In this document: positions 1-10,838 of the stretch, in pieces | How positions within the stretch are numbered: position 1 is the first letter of the stretch | Layout of the letters: each line of letters opens with the position of its first letter | Origin: Candidatus Marinacidobacterales bacterium | GTDB lineage: Bacteria > Acidobacteriota > Vicinamibacteria > Marinacidobacterales > DATDRI01 | Length of the DNA: 64,000 nucleotides | Assembly: GCA_965219415.1 (NCBI GenBank) | Contig: CBDCNP010000002.1 | Coordinates: 2,688,001-2,752,000 of the forward strand | Reading direction: 5' to 3' | Position numbers and translations under genes: made by a program | Notes under the pieces: generated by a model | Database searches by the model: none | Seen by the model: the letters and a program-made list of their open reading frames with translations, nothing else | What the model was told of the DNA's origin: nothing

Positions 1-240
1 GCGAGCCACTTGAGTCAATCCATTCGTTCGGATGCGGCGTGATGCCGGCGATGTGGACTCGACGGGTAGCCAGGTGTATGAAGAACAGACGAAATCATGC
101 CGGCATGGTGTCGGCAGACTGGAGACTAATCAAGTTCAGGGCGCGCGGATGAATAAATAGAAGGCACACCCAGACGACCAGTATATGAGTCACCTCCAGT
201 CATTCCTTTGGAAAACGACCGTCTATCTTTGCAACCTCTC

Positions 241-864
241 CTAATCTTCAGACGTGTAGGTGAAATTCTTGGCGAAACCGCATCGGCCGCTCACTTCCCA
301 ACGCAACGGGGCATCGTCCACTCGAAAACGGTCGGCCACGATTTCCTGTCCCGGCTCGTCGGCGCCCGGAATCCCACAGAAGACGGGTGCGTCGGAGACG
401 GCCGGCCTCGCGGTCCTCGCCCGAACGAAGTCCGCCACCTCCATTGTCTCCCCGCGCGGGGTGTGGTCGAGCGCGATACGGGCCGAACGCACCGCATAGA
501 CGTCGTTAATGGCGTGAGCGAAGTTGCGGAGAGTGCCGCCACCTCTTCGGCCCAGGAAGATGTCGGTGAGCACCTCTTTTTGCTTGGGGCCAGCCGATTC
601 GTCTAGGTAGAGAACCACACGCCACGGCGGCCACTTCGAGCCCGCCCGCGACGGCGCGCTTCTTTCATAGGTACCAGCCAGCACAACCGAAAGGGTGGAA
701 AGATCCGTCTCTCCTGAGCGCCCCTCGCGAATACGCCAGGAAAGGGCAAAGTCGCACGTGTCATACGAGGCACGACGAAGATCACGATGGACTCGGCAAG
801 GGCATACCGCCTCGCAATTGCATACTTCATAGTAGGTTCCCGTTAGATACCAATCTTCTTTCAT
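241..864 (-). CDS. DUF1326 family protein (putative metal-binding)
   Basis: N-terminal W-x-L-x-G-x-Y-Y-E-x-CNC-x3-CPC motif; lies next to a DUF2182 gene, its usual partner. Confidence 0.8.
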   Translation of the reverse strand: MKEDWYLTGTYYEVCNCEAVCPCRVHRDLRRASYDTCDFALSWRIREGRSGETDLSTLSVVLAGTYERSAPSRAGSKWPPWRVVLYLDESAGPKQKEVLTDIFLGRRGGGTLRNFAHAINDVYAVRSARIALDHTPRGETMEVADFVRARTARPAVSDAPVFCGIPGADEPGQEIVADRFRVDDAPLRWEVSGRCGFAKNFTYTSED

Positions 865-881
865 GCTATGCAGCCATCATT

Positions 882-1260
882 TCATGAGAAGCCCGGGTAG
901 AAAGCCGGAAACCACAGCACTGCTATCGCCAAGACGAAGCAAGCCGCACCGACGGCTCGCGGAAACGCCTCGCTGGTCGTCCACGTCTTTTCGATCGCGC
1001 GACGACGACGCTCAAAATCATCATAGCCCCGACGTTCATGACACCGAACACGAACATGAGAACCATCAATGCCCAACAACAGCCCAAACAATAGGCCCCG
1101 TGATGGGCTCCGACCCGGAAATGGCGAAAAGGTCCACGCCAGGAGGCGTAATCCAAGAGTAACGAGAACGGGACCCGGCATTGGGTGAGACATTTATATT
1201 TGAAAGAGCTCAGTTGATAGACGCCTGAGACCGCGAAGATAATAGCCGCCACAACCGTGG
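882..1260 (-). pseudogene. DUF2182 family metal-binding membrane protein, 3' part only, frameshifted
   Basis: YQLSSFKYKCLTQCR and GAYCLGCCWALM motifs; C-terminus (IEK...) continues in another frame near 990; 5' part replaced by the integrase remnant. Confidence 0.7.
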
Positions 1261-1323
1261 CAGAGTAAGCGCCTCCCAGTAGCTCGAGGGGACCCGCTAT
1301 TCACCGAAGCGGTACGTGGGCTG

Positions 1324-1626
1324 TTGAGAGGTTCAGGCGTGAAGCCCCTCCGCCTTCCCGCTAATAGTCCGAATCTGAACGCATATGCGGAAAGATTCGT
1401 TCTCTCCATACGTGGAGAGTGTCTCGACCGCTTCGTACCTCTCAGTGAGCGACACCTGCGGACAGCAGTAACCGAATACGTCGTGCACTATCACACAGAA
1501 CGGAACCACCAAGGTCTCGGCAACGAGCTCATCACACCTCTGCCGGCAAGCCCGACTGACGCTGGCCCCATCGTGTCGCGAGAGCGACTTGGGGGCATTC
1601 TCAAGTACTACTGCCGTGCCGCCTAG
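1324..1626 (+). pseudogene. Integrase core (rve/DDE) transposase C-terminal fragment
   Basis: [21 protein letters not shown]...[12 protein letters not shown]...[11 protein letters not shown]; N-terminus missing. Confidence 0.8.
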
Positions 1627-1750
1627 ATTGTGGCCGGGACGGTAGCCCCTCGGTGGACTCGACCGGTGTAGCGTGGAAACACAGCTTCAGGAACACGCTT
1701 GGATATTCGCTCTCGACCAGGTGGTCGTCTGCATGGTGACGACCCGTCCG

Positions 1751-1856
1751 CCCAAGACGATTGTAGAGCCTACGGCCCTTGGCACGGTCGCAAACACAGA
1801 CACTAAGTCGCTGATTTATGGCCTATTTCAAAAGGGCCGAGTTTTGGCACAGGACG
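1751..1856 (+). repeat. ~105-bp IS-end-like repeat, copy 1
   Basis: Near-identical to the reverse complement of 8270..8376; ends in GAGTTTTGGCACAGGAC. Confidence 0.85.
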
Positions 1857-2122
1857 CGATCAGCAGGGCCAAGCAGAAAGACGGATTCGTCAGCGAGATC
1901 GTCCTGACCCATTTTTCAGACAAGGCCACCATCATATGCAAGAAGGGGCTAGTTCCCGGAAGTCCCTCACAGCTGAAATGCAATTTCCACGCGATCCGTG
2001 AGCTACGCAATGATATAGCCCATGCAAATTACTATGCCGAGACGCCTAAAACGGCTCTTAACGTCTGTGCGGTGGTCAGAACAATTCTCCAGATCAATGA
2101 GGACATGCACGTCAGCAGTTAG
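1857..2122 (+). pseudogene. C-terminal fragment of a HEPN-like (RxxxxH) protein
   Basis: AIRELRNDIAH motif in helical context; frame begins right at the repeat end. Confidence 0.4.
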
Positions 2123-2612
2123 AAGGAGAGGTACGCTCCAAAGCTAAAGCAGAAAAAGGCGCCAGAGAGAAGACAAGATTTTTGTGCAAAGGCAGAATTC
2201 GATCTCAAATGGCGGTTCCAGTCACGGCTTCATGGTTGGCAAGGTTAGACGACAGAGTTGTGTCATTGAGTTCCACAAGGCATCGAATGGTGTCGTCTGT
2301 TGACTATGATCATCCGGCGTTGAACTTCGACAGTACTTCGAATGTGAGGTTGAAGATTCCGGTGAGGATCTTTCTGCTTACAAGATCGTGGACTTTACGA
2401 TTTTGGGATCCGATTAGAAGAAGCCTATGAAGCCACAACGAAAAATAGGCAGGACCAATCCCTTCAACAGGACCGATGTTTGGCGAAGGGCCCGGTGACC
2501 GCCGGATCTGTCCCGCTTCTTGTGGAAATAGGAATGGCGTAACCTCCGAATTAACCAAAACCAAACCGCACATGGAAAGGCGAGGAGGAGGATTACGCCA
2601 TGAAGAAGCCTA

Positions 2613-2646
2613 CCCGTCCTGTGCCAAAACTCGGCCCTTTTGAAAT
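2613..2646 (-). repeat. Truncated copy of the 105-bp repeat, cut by the IS3 left end
   Basis: CCCGTCCTGTGCCAAAACTCGGCCCTTTTGAAAT matches 8270..8303 with one mismatch. Confidence 0.8.
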
Positions 2647-2697
2647 GTGAACCGCCCCGGGTTTCCCGGAGACTCCACCTCTTGAGAGGATGGAGTC

Positions 2698-3931
<1,234 letters not shown>

Positions 3932-4115
3932 AACAGTCTCCGGAAAACCCGGGGCGGTTCAGTACCCGTCCAGATTAATCCGGATCAATGATGATGAGAG
4001 ACTACTGGACTGAGTTCATGTTTCAGGCCTACGTGAATCACCGAACGGAAGTCATCTTCCTCGCGGGGTTGCCCGACGTTGCCAAGAGTCGGCTGCACTC
4101 GCGGGTCAACACCCA

Positions 4116-6854
4116 ATGAGGCAGCTTTTCCACGATAGTGCCACCGGGGCCAACGCCACCCTTCTTTGCGGATTGACCCCGAGCGGCCGCATTGACGTCC
4201 ACCCCGGCTCGCCCGATGAGGGCACGAGCCTGTCCGCCGCAGTGCAACGGCGCATTATCGATGCGTTCAACGTGGGGCGCGGGCATGGGGTGTTGCATCT
4301 GGGAGCGGGAGAGCTGAGCACCGACCTTCACCCTACGCTTTCGTACTGGCGCGACATCGGGAAGGCCTTGGTGGTCAGGGTCTGTGGCGGGTTGGATCCA
4401 ACCGACCCAACGTCTCTGGTCGTGCCCGAGCCCGCCCCGGACGAGCTCTCGGATTTCACCCAGGCGGCCCCTCCCATGCAGGGCGCCGAGCTGATCACAC
4501 CCTCGATGCTCGGCGAGCTGTGGCGCGACATCGGGAAGGCCCTGACCACCGAAGCAGCACGGTTTGAGCTTGGCGTCCAGGGATACCTGAAGAAGCAGGG
4601 CTCGGTATGGAACGTGGTCGGCCGGGTCTGTTTCCACCTGGCCGAGAACAAACGCGACCCCTCGTATCCCTTCGCCTTCATCGCGACCTATGTTCACAAG
4701 GTCTCCAAGGAGGCCAAGCCTCAGCACCTGCCCCTCGGGCGAGCGCTCAAGGACTACGCCGGGGCGAAGAACCGACAGAAACTACTCGCGCTGCTCTCTC
4801 CCTTGTCGCGCGCGGCCGGGCAGAGCGCGTTCATCCGCGAGCTGGTCGACTCCGGCGACATCTACCACCCCCTGTCCTGGAGACCCGCGGAGGCGCATCA
4901 CTTCCTCTGCGAGATCGCACTGTACGAGCAAGCCGGTCTCGTTGTGCGCATGCCCGACTGGTGGGGAGCCAAGAGTCACCCCCGTCCCAAGGTCTCCGTG
5001 TTGGTGGGCGGCAAGGCGCCGTCGACGCTGGGTATGGACGCGCTCCTGGACTTCGACGTCAAGCTGACCCTCGACGGCAAGAATCTGTCGACGAGGGAGA
5101 TCGAGATGCTGCTCGCAGCCAGCGAGGGTCTGGTGCTGGTCAAGGGGAAGTGGGTCGAGGTGAACCGGGACAAGCTCGGCGCGGTTCTCGAACAGTGGCG
5201 GGACGTGCAAAAGCAGGCCCAGGCCGGCGGAGTCAGCTTCGGCGAGGCCATGCGCATGCTGGCTGGCGCCGAGCTCGATGGCGACGACTCGAACGGCACC
5301 GAGGACGCTCGACAGGAATGGTCGGAGGTCATCGCAGGAAAATGGCTTTCGTCAAGGCTCGACGCGCTGCGCTCGCCTGAGCTCCGGGCCGAGATCGACT
5401 CGGACGCGGGCTTGCGGGGCGAGCTCCGTCCCTACCAGAAGCTCGGTGTGGAGTGGCTCTGGACCCTGCGCGGCCTGGAGCTCGGCGGCTGCCTTGCCGA
5501 CGATATGGGCCTGGGGAAAACCATCCAGGTGCTCGGTGTGCTGTCCATGAGCCGGCGCAACAAGGAGAAGGGTACCGACCTCCTGGTCGTGCCGGCCTCG
5601 CTCGTCGACAACTGGCGCCTGGAGATTGAACGCTTCGTGCCCCAGATGAAGTTTCTCATCGCCCACCCGTCGCGCATCCCCTCGCCCGAGCTCAAGAAGC
5701 TGCCAAAGGAGAAGGTGGATGCCCACGACGCGGTGATCACCACCTACGGCACCGCCATGCGGACCGAGTGGATGAAGTCGCATGCTTGGCGGAACGTAAT
5801 CCTCGACGAGGCCCAGGCCATCAAGAACCCCAGCGCCAAGCAAACCAGGGTGGTCAAAGCACTGGACTCGCGGTGGCGCCTAGCCCTCACCGGCACACCG
5901 GTGGAGAATCGCCTCGGCGACCTGTGGTCGATCTTCGACTTCCTGAATCCGGGGCTGCTAGGCTCGGCGAAGGCCTTCAATGGCCTGTGCAAATCCATGG
6001 CGTCGGGTAAGCAAGGAGGCTACGCGCCGCTGCGCAGGCTGGTGCAGCCGTATATTCTAAGAAGGCTCAAGACCGACAAGAGAGTCATTGCCGATCTGCC
6101 CGACAAGACCGAGGTCAATGCCTACTGCCTGCTGAGCAAGCGCCAGGCCGCCCTGTACAAGCAGTCGGTCGATGAGATGAAGAGGGTCATCGAGGAGCTG
6201 GAAGGCATCGAGCGGCGCGGTATGGTCCTGGCCTTTCTGATGCGCTTCAAGCAAATCTGCAATCACCCGTCCCATTGGCTCGGCGACGGAAGCTACGAGG
6301 CCGAAGACAGCGGCAAGCTCGCCCGGCTGCGCGAGCTTTGCGAGTCCATCTCCGCGCGCCAGGATAAGGTGCTGGTCTTCACCCAGTTCCGCGAGATGAC
6401 GGCGCCGCTGTCTCGCTTTCTGACCGAGGTCTTCGGTCGCGGCGGCCTCGTGCTGCATGGCGGAACGCCGGTCAAGAAGCGCCAAGGGCTGGTAAACAGG
6501 TTTCAGGAGGACGACCGGGTACCGTTCATGGTCCTTTCTCTAAAGGCTGGCGGTACTGGGCTCAATCTGACTGCGGCGTCCCATGTCATCCATTTTGACC
6601 GATGGTGGAACCCGGCGGTTGAAAACCAGGCCACGGACCGCGCCTTTCGCATCGGCCAGAAGAAGAACGTACTCGTTCACAAGTTCATCTGCCGGGGCAC
6701 GGTGGAGGAACGCATCGACGAACTGATCTCCGGGAAGCAGAAGCTCGCAGGCAAGCTCCTTTCAGGTGGTGCGGAGTCGGCCTTGACGGAGATGAGCAAC
6801 GAGGATTTGATCTCTATGGTGTCCCTCGACTTGAGCAGCGCCTTGGAGGAATAG
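4116..6854 (+). CDS. SNF2-family (SWI2/SNF2) ATPase/helicase
   Basis: LRPYQ, LADDMGLGKT, ILDEAQ, ALTGTPVEN, SLKAGGTGLNL, DRWWNPAVENQATDRAFRIGQ. Confidence 0.95.
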   Translation: MRQLFHDSATGANATLLCGLTPSGRIDVHPGSPDEGTSLSAAVQRRIIDAFNVGRGHGVLHLGAGELSTDLHPTLSYWRDIGKALVVRVCGGLDPTDPTSLVVPEPAPDELSDFTQAAPPMQGAELITPSMLGELWRDIGKALTTEAARFELGVQGYLKKQGSVWNVVGRVCFHLAENKRDPSYPFAFIATYVHKVSKEAKPQHLPLGRALKDYAGAKNRQKLLALLSPLSRAAGQSAFIRELVDSGDIYHPLSWRPAEAHHFLCEIALYEQAGLVVRMPDWWGAKSHPRPKVSVLVGGKAPSTLGMDALLDFDVKLTLDGKNLSTREIEMLLAASEGLVLVKGKWVEVNRDKLGAVLEQWRDVQKQAQAGGVSFGEAMRMLAGAELDGDDSNGTEDARQEWSEVIAGKWLSSRLDALRSPELRAEIDSDAGLRGELRPYQKLGVEWLWTLRGLELGGCLADDMGLGKTIQVLGVLSMSRRNKEKGTDLLVVPASLVDNWRLEIERFVPQMKFLIAHPSRIPSPELKKLPKEKVDAHDAVITTYGTAMRTEWMKSHAWRNVILDEAQAIKNPSAKQTRVVKALDSRWRLALTGTPVENRLGDLWSIFDFLNPGLLGSAKAFNGLCKSMASGKQGGYAPLRRLVQPYILRRLKTDKRVIADLPDKTEVNAYCLLSKRQAALYKQSVDEMKRVIEELEGIERRGMVLAFLMRFKQICNHPSHWLGDGSYEAEDSGKLARLRELCESISARQDKVLVFTQFREMTAPLSRFLTEVFGRGGLVLHGGTPVKKRQGLVNRFQEDDRVPFMVLSLKAGGTGLNLTAASHVIHFDRWWNPAVENQATDRAFRIGQKKNVLVHKFICRGTVEERIDELISGKQKLAGKLLSGGAESALTEMSNEDLISMVSLDLSSALEE

Positions 6855-6899
6855 AAGATGCACGAACGCGCTCGTCACAAGAAAGCGTGAGGTGAGCTC

Positions 6900-7745
6900 A
6901 TGGGCTGGTACTCGTGGCGCCCTTACGTCTCCGTGGCAGCGCGCCGCCGTCATGCCGCGAAGAGGGTCGCTAAGATGAAAAAAGCCGGACGCGAGATCTC
7001 ACCGATCGAGATCGTGGGCCGCAAGATCGCAACCACCTTCTGGGGTGATGCTTGGTGCAAGAACCTCGAGTCGTACAGCGACTACTCGAACCGCCTGCCT
7101 CGCGGCCGAACCTACGTGCACAACGGTTCGGTGATCGATCTTCAGATCGAGGCGGGGCGTGTGCGATCTCTCGTCAGCGGCTCCGACATCTATGAGGTGG
7201 ACACCCAGATCAAAAGCCTGGCGAAGAAGCGCTGGACCGACATCAAGGGCCAATGTGCAGGCAAAATCGACTCGCTGGTCGAGCTGCTGCAGGGCTCCAT
7301 CTCCAAGGGCGTGATGGAGATCGTGACCTGCAAGGGAGAGGGATTGTTTCCTGCCCCTCGGGAGATCTCGCTGAGTTGCTCGTGCCCCGACTGGGCGACC
7401 ATGTGCAAGCACGTGGCGGCGACGCTCTACGGCGTAGGCGCACGCCTCGACCACGAGCCGGAGCTGCTGTTCACCTTGCGAGGTGTCGACCCAGCCGAGA
7501 TGGTGGAGGCCGCCGTCGACCAGCCACCGACTGGAGACAAGTCCCGGAGTGGCAGGGTGCTCAAATCCGACAGGCTGTCATCGGTCTTCGGTGTCGACAT
7601 CGATATGGGTGGGGTCTCTGATGACGATCTTGCGCCGCTCGCCAAGAAGAGTCGGCGCGCTGGGCAGACCGGAAGGAAACCAGGTAGGCGTTCTACCTCG
7701 TTCAGGAAGCCGACGGCTCGCGCCGGGACGCGCAAGAAAAAGTAG
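6900..7745 (+). CDS. SWIM zinc-finger protein
   Basis: NRLPRGRTY and CSCPDWATMCKHVAA SWIM motif; directly downstream of the SNF2 gene. Confidence 0.9.
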   Translation: MGWYSWRPYVSVAARRRHAAKRVAKMKKAGREISPIEIVGRKIATTFWGDAWCKNLESYSDYSNRLPRGRTYVHNGSVIDLQIEAGRVRSLVSGSDIYEVDTQIKSLAKKRWTDIKGQCAGKIDSLVELLQGSISKGVMEIVTCKGEGLFPAPREISLSCSCPDWATMCKHVAATLYGVGARLDHEPELLFTLRGVDPAEMVEAAVDQPPTGDKSRSGRVLKSDRLSSVFGVDIDMGGVSDDDLAPLAKKSRRAGQTGRKPGRRSTSFRKPTARAGTRKKK

Positions 7746-7808
7746 AAGGGTGCGACAATACCGCCTGCCCTCCACGAGTGGCCCCAGGACAGGTCTCGTA
7801 GCTCCCGA

Positions 7809-8003
7809 GGCGTTGTTGCACCGCTCTTGGCTGAGAGCGAAATCTGCCTATGGTGGTGGCCGGGGTATGTTTGACCATGAAGTATCCCAAGCGCAGTCGG
7901 TACAAACACGCGAAACAGAAGAAGTACCACGTTCGCAACTGGGCGGAATACAACGAAGGCCTGCGCCGCCGGGGCGATTTGACGGTCTGGTTTGACGAGG
8001 AGG
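7809..8003 (+). mobile_element. IS5-family (IS903-like) left-end remnant
   Basis: GGCGTTGTTGCA end; ORF from 7877 reads KKYHVRNWAEYNEGLRRRGDLTVW, homologous to the transposase at 9598, then breaks off. Confidence 0.8.
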
Positions 8004-8077
8004 TCCACGGCGTGTACCCGCTGTAGAATTCCCCGGTGCGCAACGCGATGACGTTCTCGTCCGGGTAGGTATTGAAC

Positions 8078-8197
8078 GGCACTGTCAAATTGAGGTCTCA
8101 AGCCCGGAGTGGGTCGCTAGATAATGGGGCTTGAGCACACCGCGTTGCCAACATCTCGGGGTCGGATTGGCCCTGAATGCCTCAATTTGACAGTACC
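8078..8197. mobile_element. 120-bp MITE with 18-bp terminal inverted repeats (IS6-like ends)
   Basis: GGCACTGTCAAATTGAGG ... CCTCAATTTGACAGTACC (17/18 match); no ORF inside. Confidence 0.7.
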
Positions 8198-8269
8198 GGA
8201 GATGGCCCTGATCTCGGCGTGTTGCGCTTCTGTGGACCGTTTCTGCTACGAGATGAGGAGCCGCTGTTC

Positions 8270-8376
8270 CCCGTCCTGTGCCAAAACTCAGCCCTTTTGA
8301 AATAGGCCATAAATCAGCAGCTTAGTGTCTGTGTTTGCGACCGGGCCAAGGGCCGTGGCCTTTACAATCGTCTGGG
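8270..8376 (-). repeat. ~105-bp IS-end-like repeat, copy 2 (inverted)
   Basis: Reverse complement of 1751..1856 with a few mismatches. Confidence 0.85.
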
Positions 8377-8588
8377 AGGTCCTTATTTGTCTCGGATTTG
8401 GCCTAAACCAAGATCCGGCAAGGCTTGAGGAGCATCCTGTTCATCCTCGTCACCCGGCGCGTTCTTGATGGCCTTGAGCTGCTCCGTCACCTACCCCGAG
8501 ACGAGCGAGAGCACAAGGATCCGGTGCGACCTCATGTGCTGGTGATCGACGAGAACAACCGCAGTCATCGGGCCTCCATGAGGAGGCT

Positions 8589-9380
8589 TCAAATCGATGG
8601 AAGATCCGACGACGATATCTTCTGGATGTTGCCATCTGGGCCGTGAGCCTTCTCCGCCGCCCGGCGAATAACCGTCTTGATGGCCTCTTCTAGAAATCGG
8701 TGGTCCTGATATGTCAGATCATTGTCCTTGCCGCTCGCCTTTCTCGCTTGCTGGCCGCCTCTCTCCGAGGAAAGGTGGCCGATCTTGTTGAGCACCTCCA
8801 ACTCTATCCGATACATTTCAGATGCCAACTCCCTACACTTTTTCTTCTCGTTGCTTTTCTTCTTCGTTGAACGTTCAAGTATGGTCAGACAGAAATAGGC
8901 CATGCTCGCCAAAGGTTCTCTGTCCTGGAGATAACCCATGTAGCGATCATACATGGTCTGCACATCGGGGATGAGCTTGAGTCCCGATGATGGTGGCGAA
9001 GGATAAGGTTTTGAAACGGCAGCCATAACGCTTACCTTCGGTACCCCGCTCGTGATGCTCACGGACGCATCCTTCACACCCGGTGTCACCGGTGTCGGCT
9101 TCCGGTCCTCAATCTGCGCCTTTTTAAACTTTAACTTGAAATAGTTCGGCCCTTCCCGAAGGCTAGCGTCGAACTCCCAAACGCGGATGTAGTCTTCAAT
9201 GGCTTTCCGTGCAGCGTCTTCCGTCTCGTAGTGTTCCTTGAATTCAAAGCGCACTTGCTCATTCACGATCTCGACACGAAAATCTCTCTCTTCGTGATCG
9301 ATTGGCTCCGCCTCGCCATAATCAACCCCCCGACCATGTTCGATTTGGTAAAGCAATGCGACTACATGAGGATCGTTCAT
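8589..9380 (-). CDS. Hypothetical protein downstream of hsdS remnant
   Basis: Open 263-codon frame from MNDPHVVALLY with globular, lower-GC composition; no family recognised with confidence. Confidence 0.7.
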   Translation of the reverse strand: MNDPHVVALLYQIEHGRGVDYGEAEPIDHEERDFRVEIVNEQVRFEFKEHYETEDAARKAIEDYIRVWEFDASLREGPNYFKLKFKKAQIEDRKPTPVTPGVKDASVSITSGVPKVSVMAAVSKPYPSPPSSGLKLIPDVQTMYDRYMGYLQDREPLASMAYFCLTILERSTKKKSNEKKKCRELASEMYRIELEVLNKIGHLSSERGGQQARKASGKDNDLTYQDHRFLEEAIKTVIRRAAEKAHGPDGNIQKISSSDLPSI

Positions 9381-9384
9381 TGAA

Positions 9385-9531
9385 CTACCCCGGGAATGTG
9401 TGCCGAGGGGCGACGGCACCTCGTGTAGGAGGGCGTCAAGCAGGCGGCAGCGGGTATCATCGCCACTAGCGAGGCTTGCCCCCAGTGGGTCACAGAGCGT
9501 CATCAGTTCATCGACTTTGGCGACGATACGG
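9385..9531 (-). pseudogene. hsdS: Type I restriction-modification specificity subunit, C-terminal remnant
   Basis: HRIVAKVDELMTLCD.L.ASL..GDDTR.RLLDALLHE is the typical HsdS C-terminal helix; 5' part removed at the IS5 end. Confidence 0.75.
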
Positions 9532-10620
9532 TGCCTTGGTGCACAACTCTCGATCTCGGTCCACAATTGTCCTGTACTCGCGGATACGAGGTTCCCCATG
9601 AGCATTTTCAAACGCACTCAGCGGAAGTATGTGAAGAAGGCCTATCGCGTGAGGAATTGGCGTGAATATGAGGCGGGTCTACGCAACCGCGGGAGCCTGA
9701 CCGTCTGGATCTCGCTCACCGCCGGCAAGCTTGTGAACTGGGACGCGCCCCGGCCAAGGAGGAGGAAACCGGGCCGTCAACGCAAGTACTCGAACCACGC
9801 CATCGAGACGGCTGTCACCCTGGGCATGGTGTTTCATCTGTCATCTAGGCAGAGCGAGGGATTGCTGCGGTCGTTGTTCGCTCTGATGAAGCTAGACAAT
9901 GATGTGCCCGATCACACCACGATCTCGAGGCGCAAGCCGAAGCTGGGTAAGGTCCCCTTCTACCCAGTCAAGCAGAAGACGCCGTTGCACATCTTGTTCG
10001 ACAGCAGCGGTCTCGCTGTCCACGCCGGCCAGCTGCGCAGAGCACAAAAGAGCAGGGACTATCGCAAGCTCCATCTGTGTGTCGACGAGCAGAGTGGCGA
10101 AGTCGTCGCCGGCGAGCTGACGAGCAAAAGAGCCCGCGATTCATCGCGGGTTGCATCGCTTGTCGGACAGATCGACAGTCCCATCTCATCGGCCAGAGCT
10201 GACACCGCATACGACGCCGGCGGCGTCTATGAGGCAATCGAGAATCACAGCGCTCATCGCTCGCCGAGGGTGCTGATACCGCCGCGCAAGGGCGCCCTGC
10301 TCGCATCGGGGCCGGCGAGCAGCCGACAGCGCAATCGCAACATTGCAGCACAAGCTCGGCTCGGCAAACGAAAGTGGCACACAGAATCGGGCTACAGCAA
10401 ACGGAGCAAAGTCGAGACAACGTTCCATCGCTACAAGGCTTTATCGTGGGCTCAGCGATGCGAGCGAGAGGGTTGGCGGCACAGAGAGGTGAGGCAAGGA
10501 TCGGGTGCAAGATTCTCAACACCATGACGGCGCTCGGGATGCCTGATAGCGAGATGATCGGATGATGGGAGTCGGGGCCAAGCGAGCTCTCGGCCTCTAT
10601 CGGAGTTGTGCACCAAGGCA
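9532..10620 (+). mobile_element. IS5-family (IS903 group) insertion sequence
   Basis: Perfect inverted repeats TGCCTTGGTGCACAACTC / GAGTTGTGCACCAAGGCA enclosing a DDE transposase. Confidence 0.9.
9598..10565 (+). CDS. IS5-family transposase (frameshift near 10440)
   Basis: YRVRNWREYEAGLRNRGSLTVW, VPDHTTISRR, DSSGL, RKLHL, ADTAYD, GYSKRSKVET; C-terminus (LNTMTALGMP) in another frame. Confidence 0.85.
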
Positions 10621-10834
10621 CATCATCGCCGCTTTTTCTCCCAGCGGAGAGAGTCTCGATGGTCCCGCTCACTTCTACCACCGACTCTTGCTCACCGAGC
10701 TCCTATACGGTGGACACAAGACGCTCGGGGACGCCGTCCTCGCCGCGCAGTCCAAGTTTGCAGAGTCGGGAGGGTACCTCGAGCTCCTCAGCATCTATCA
10801 CCTGTTTGGGGATCCGGCGATGTCGCTTCACTAG
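10621..10834 (+). pseudogene. C25 (gingipain-like) peptidase C-terminal remnant
   Basis: TLGDAVLAAQ...YHLFGDPAM motif; starts at the IS boundary. Confidence 0.65.
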
Positions 10835-10838
10835 CCGA

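Noticed and set aside
8505-8565. KDPVRPHVLVIDENNR resembling the McrB Walker B region
   Set aside because: Only about 16 residues with no flanking AAA motifs; too short to call.
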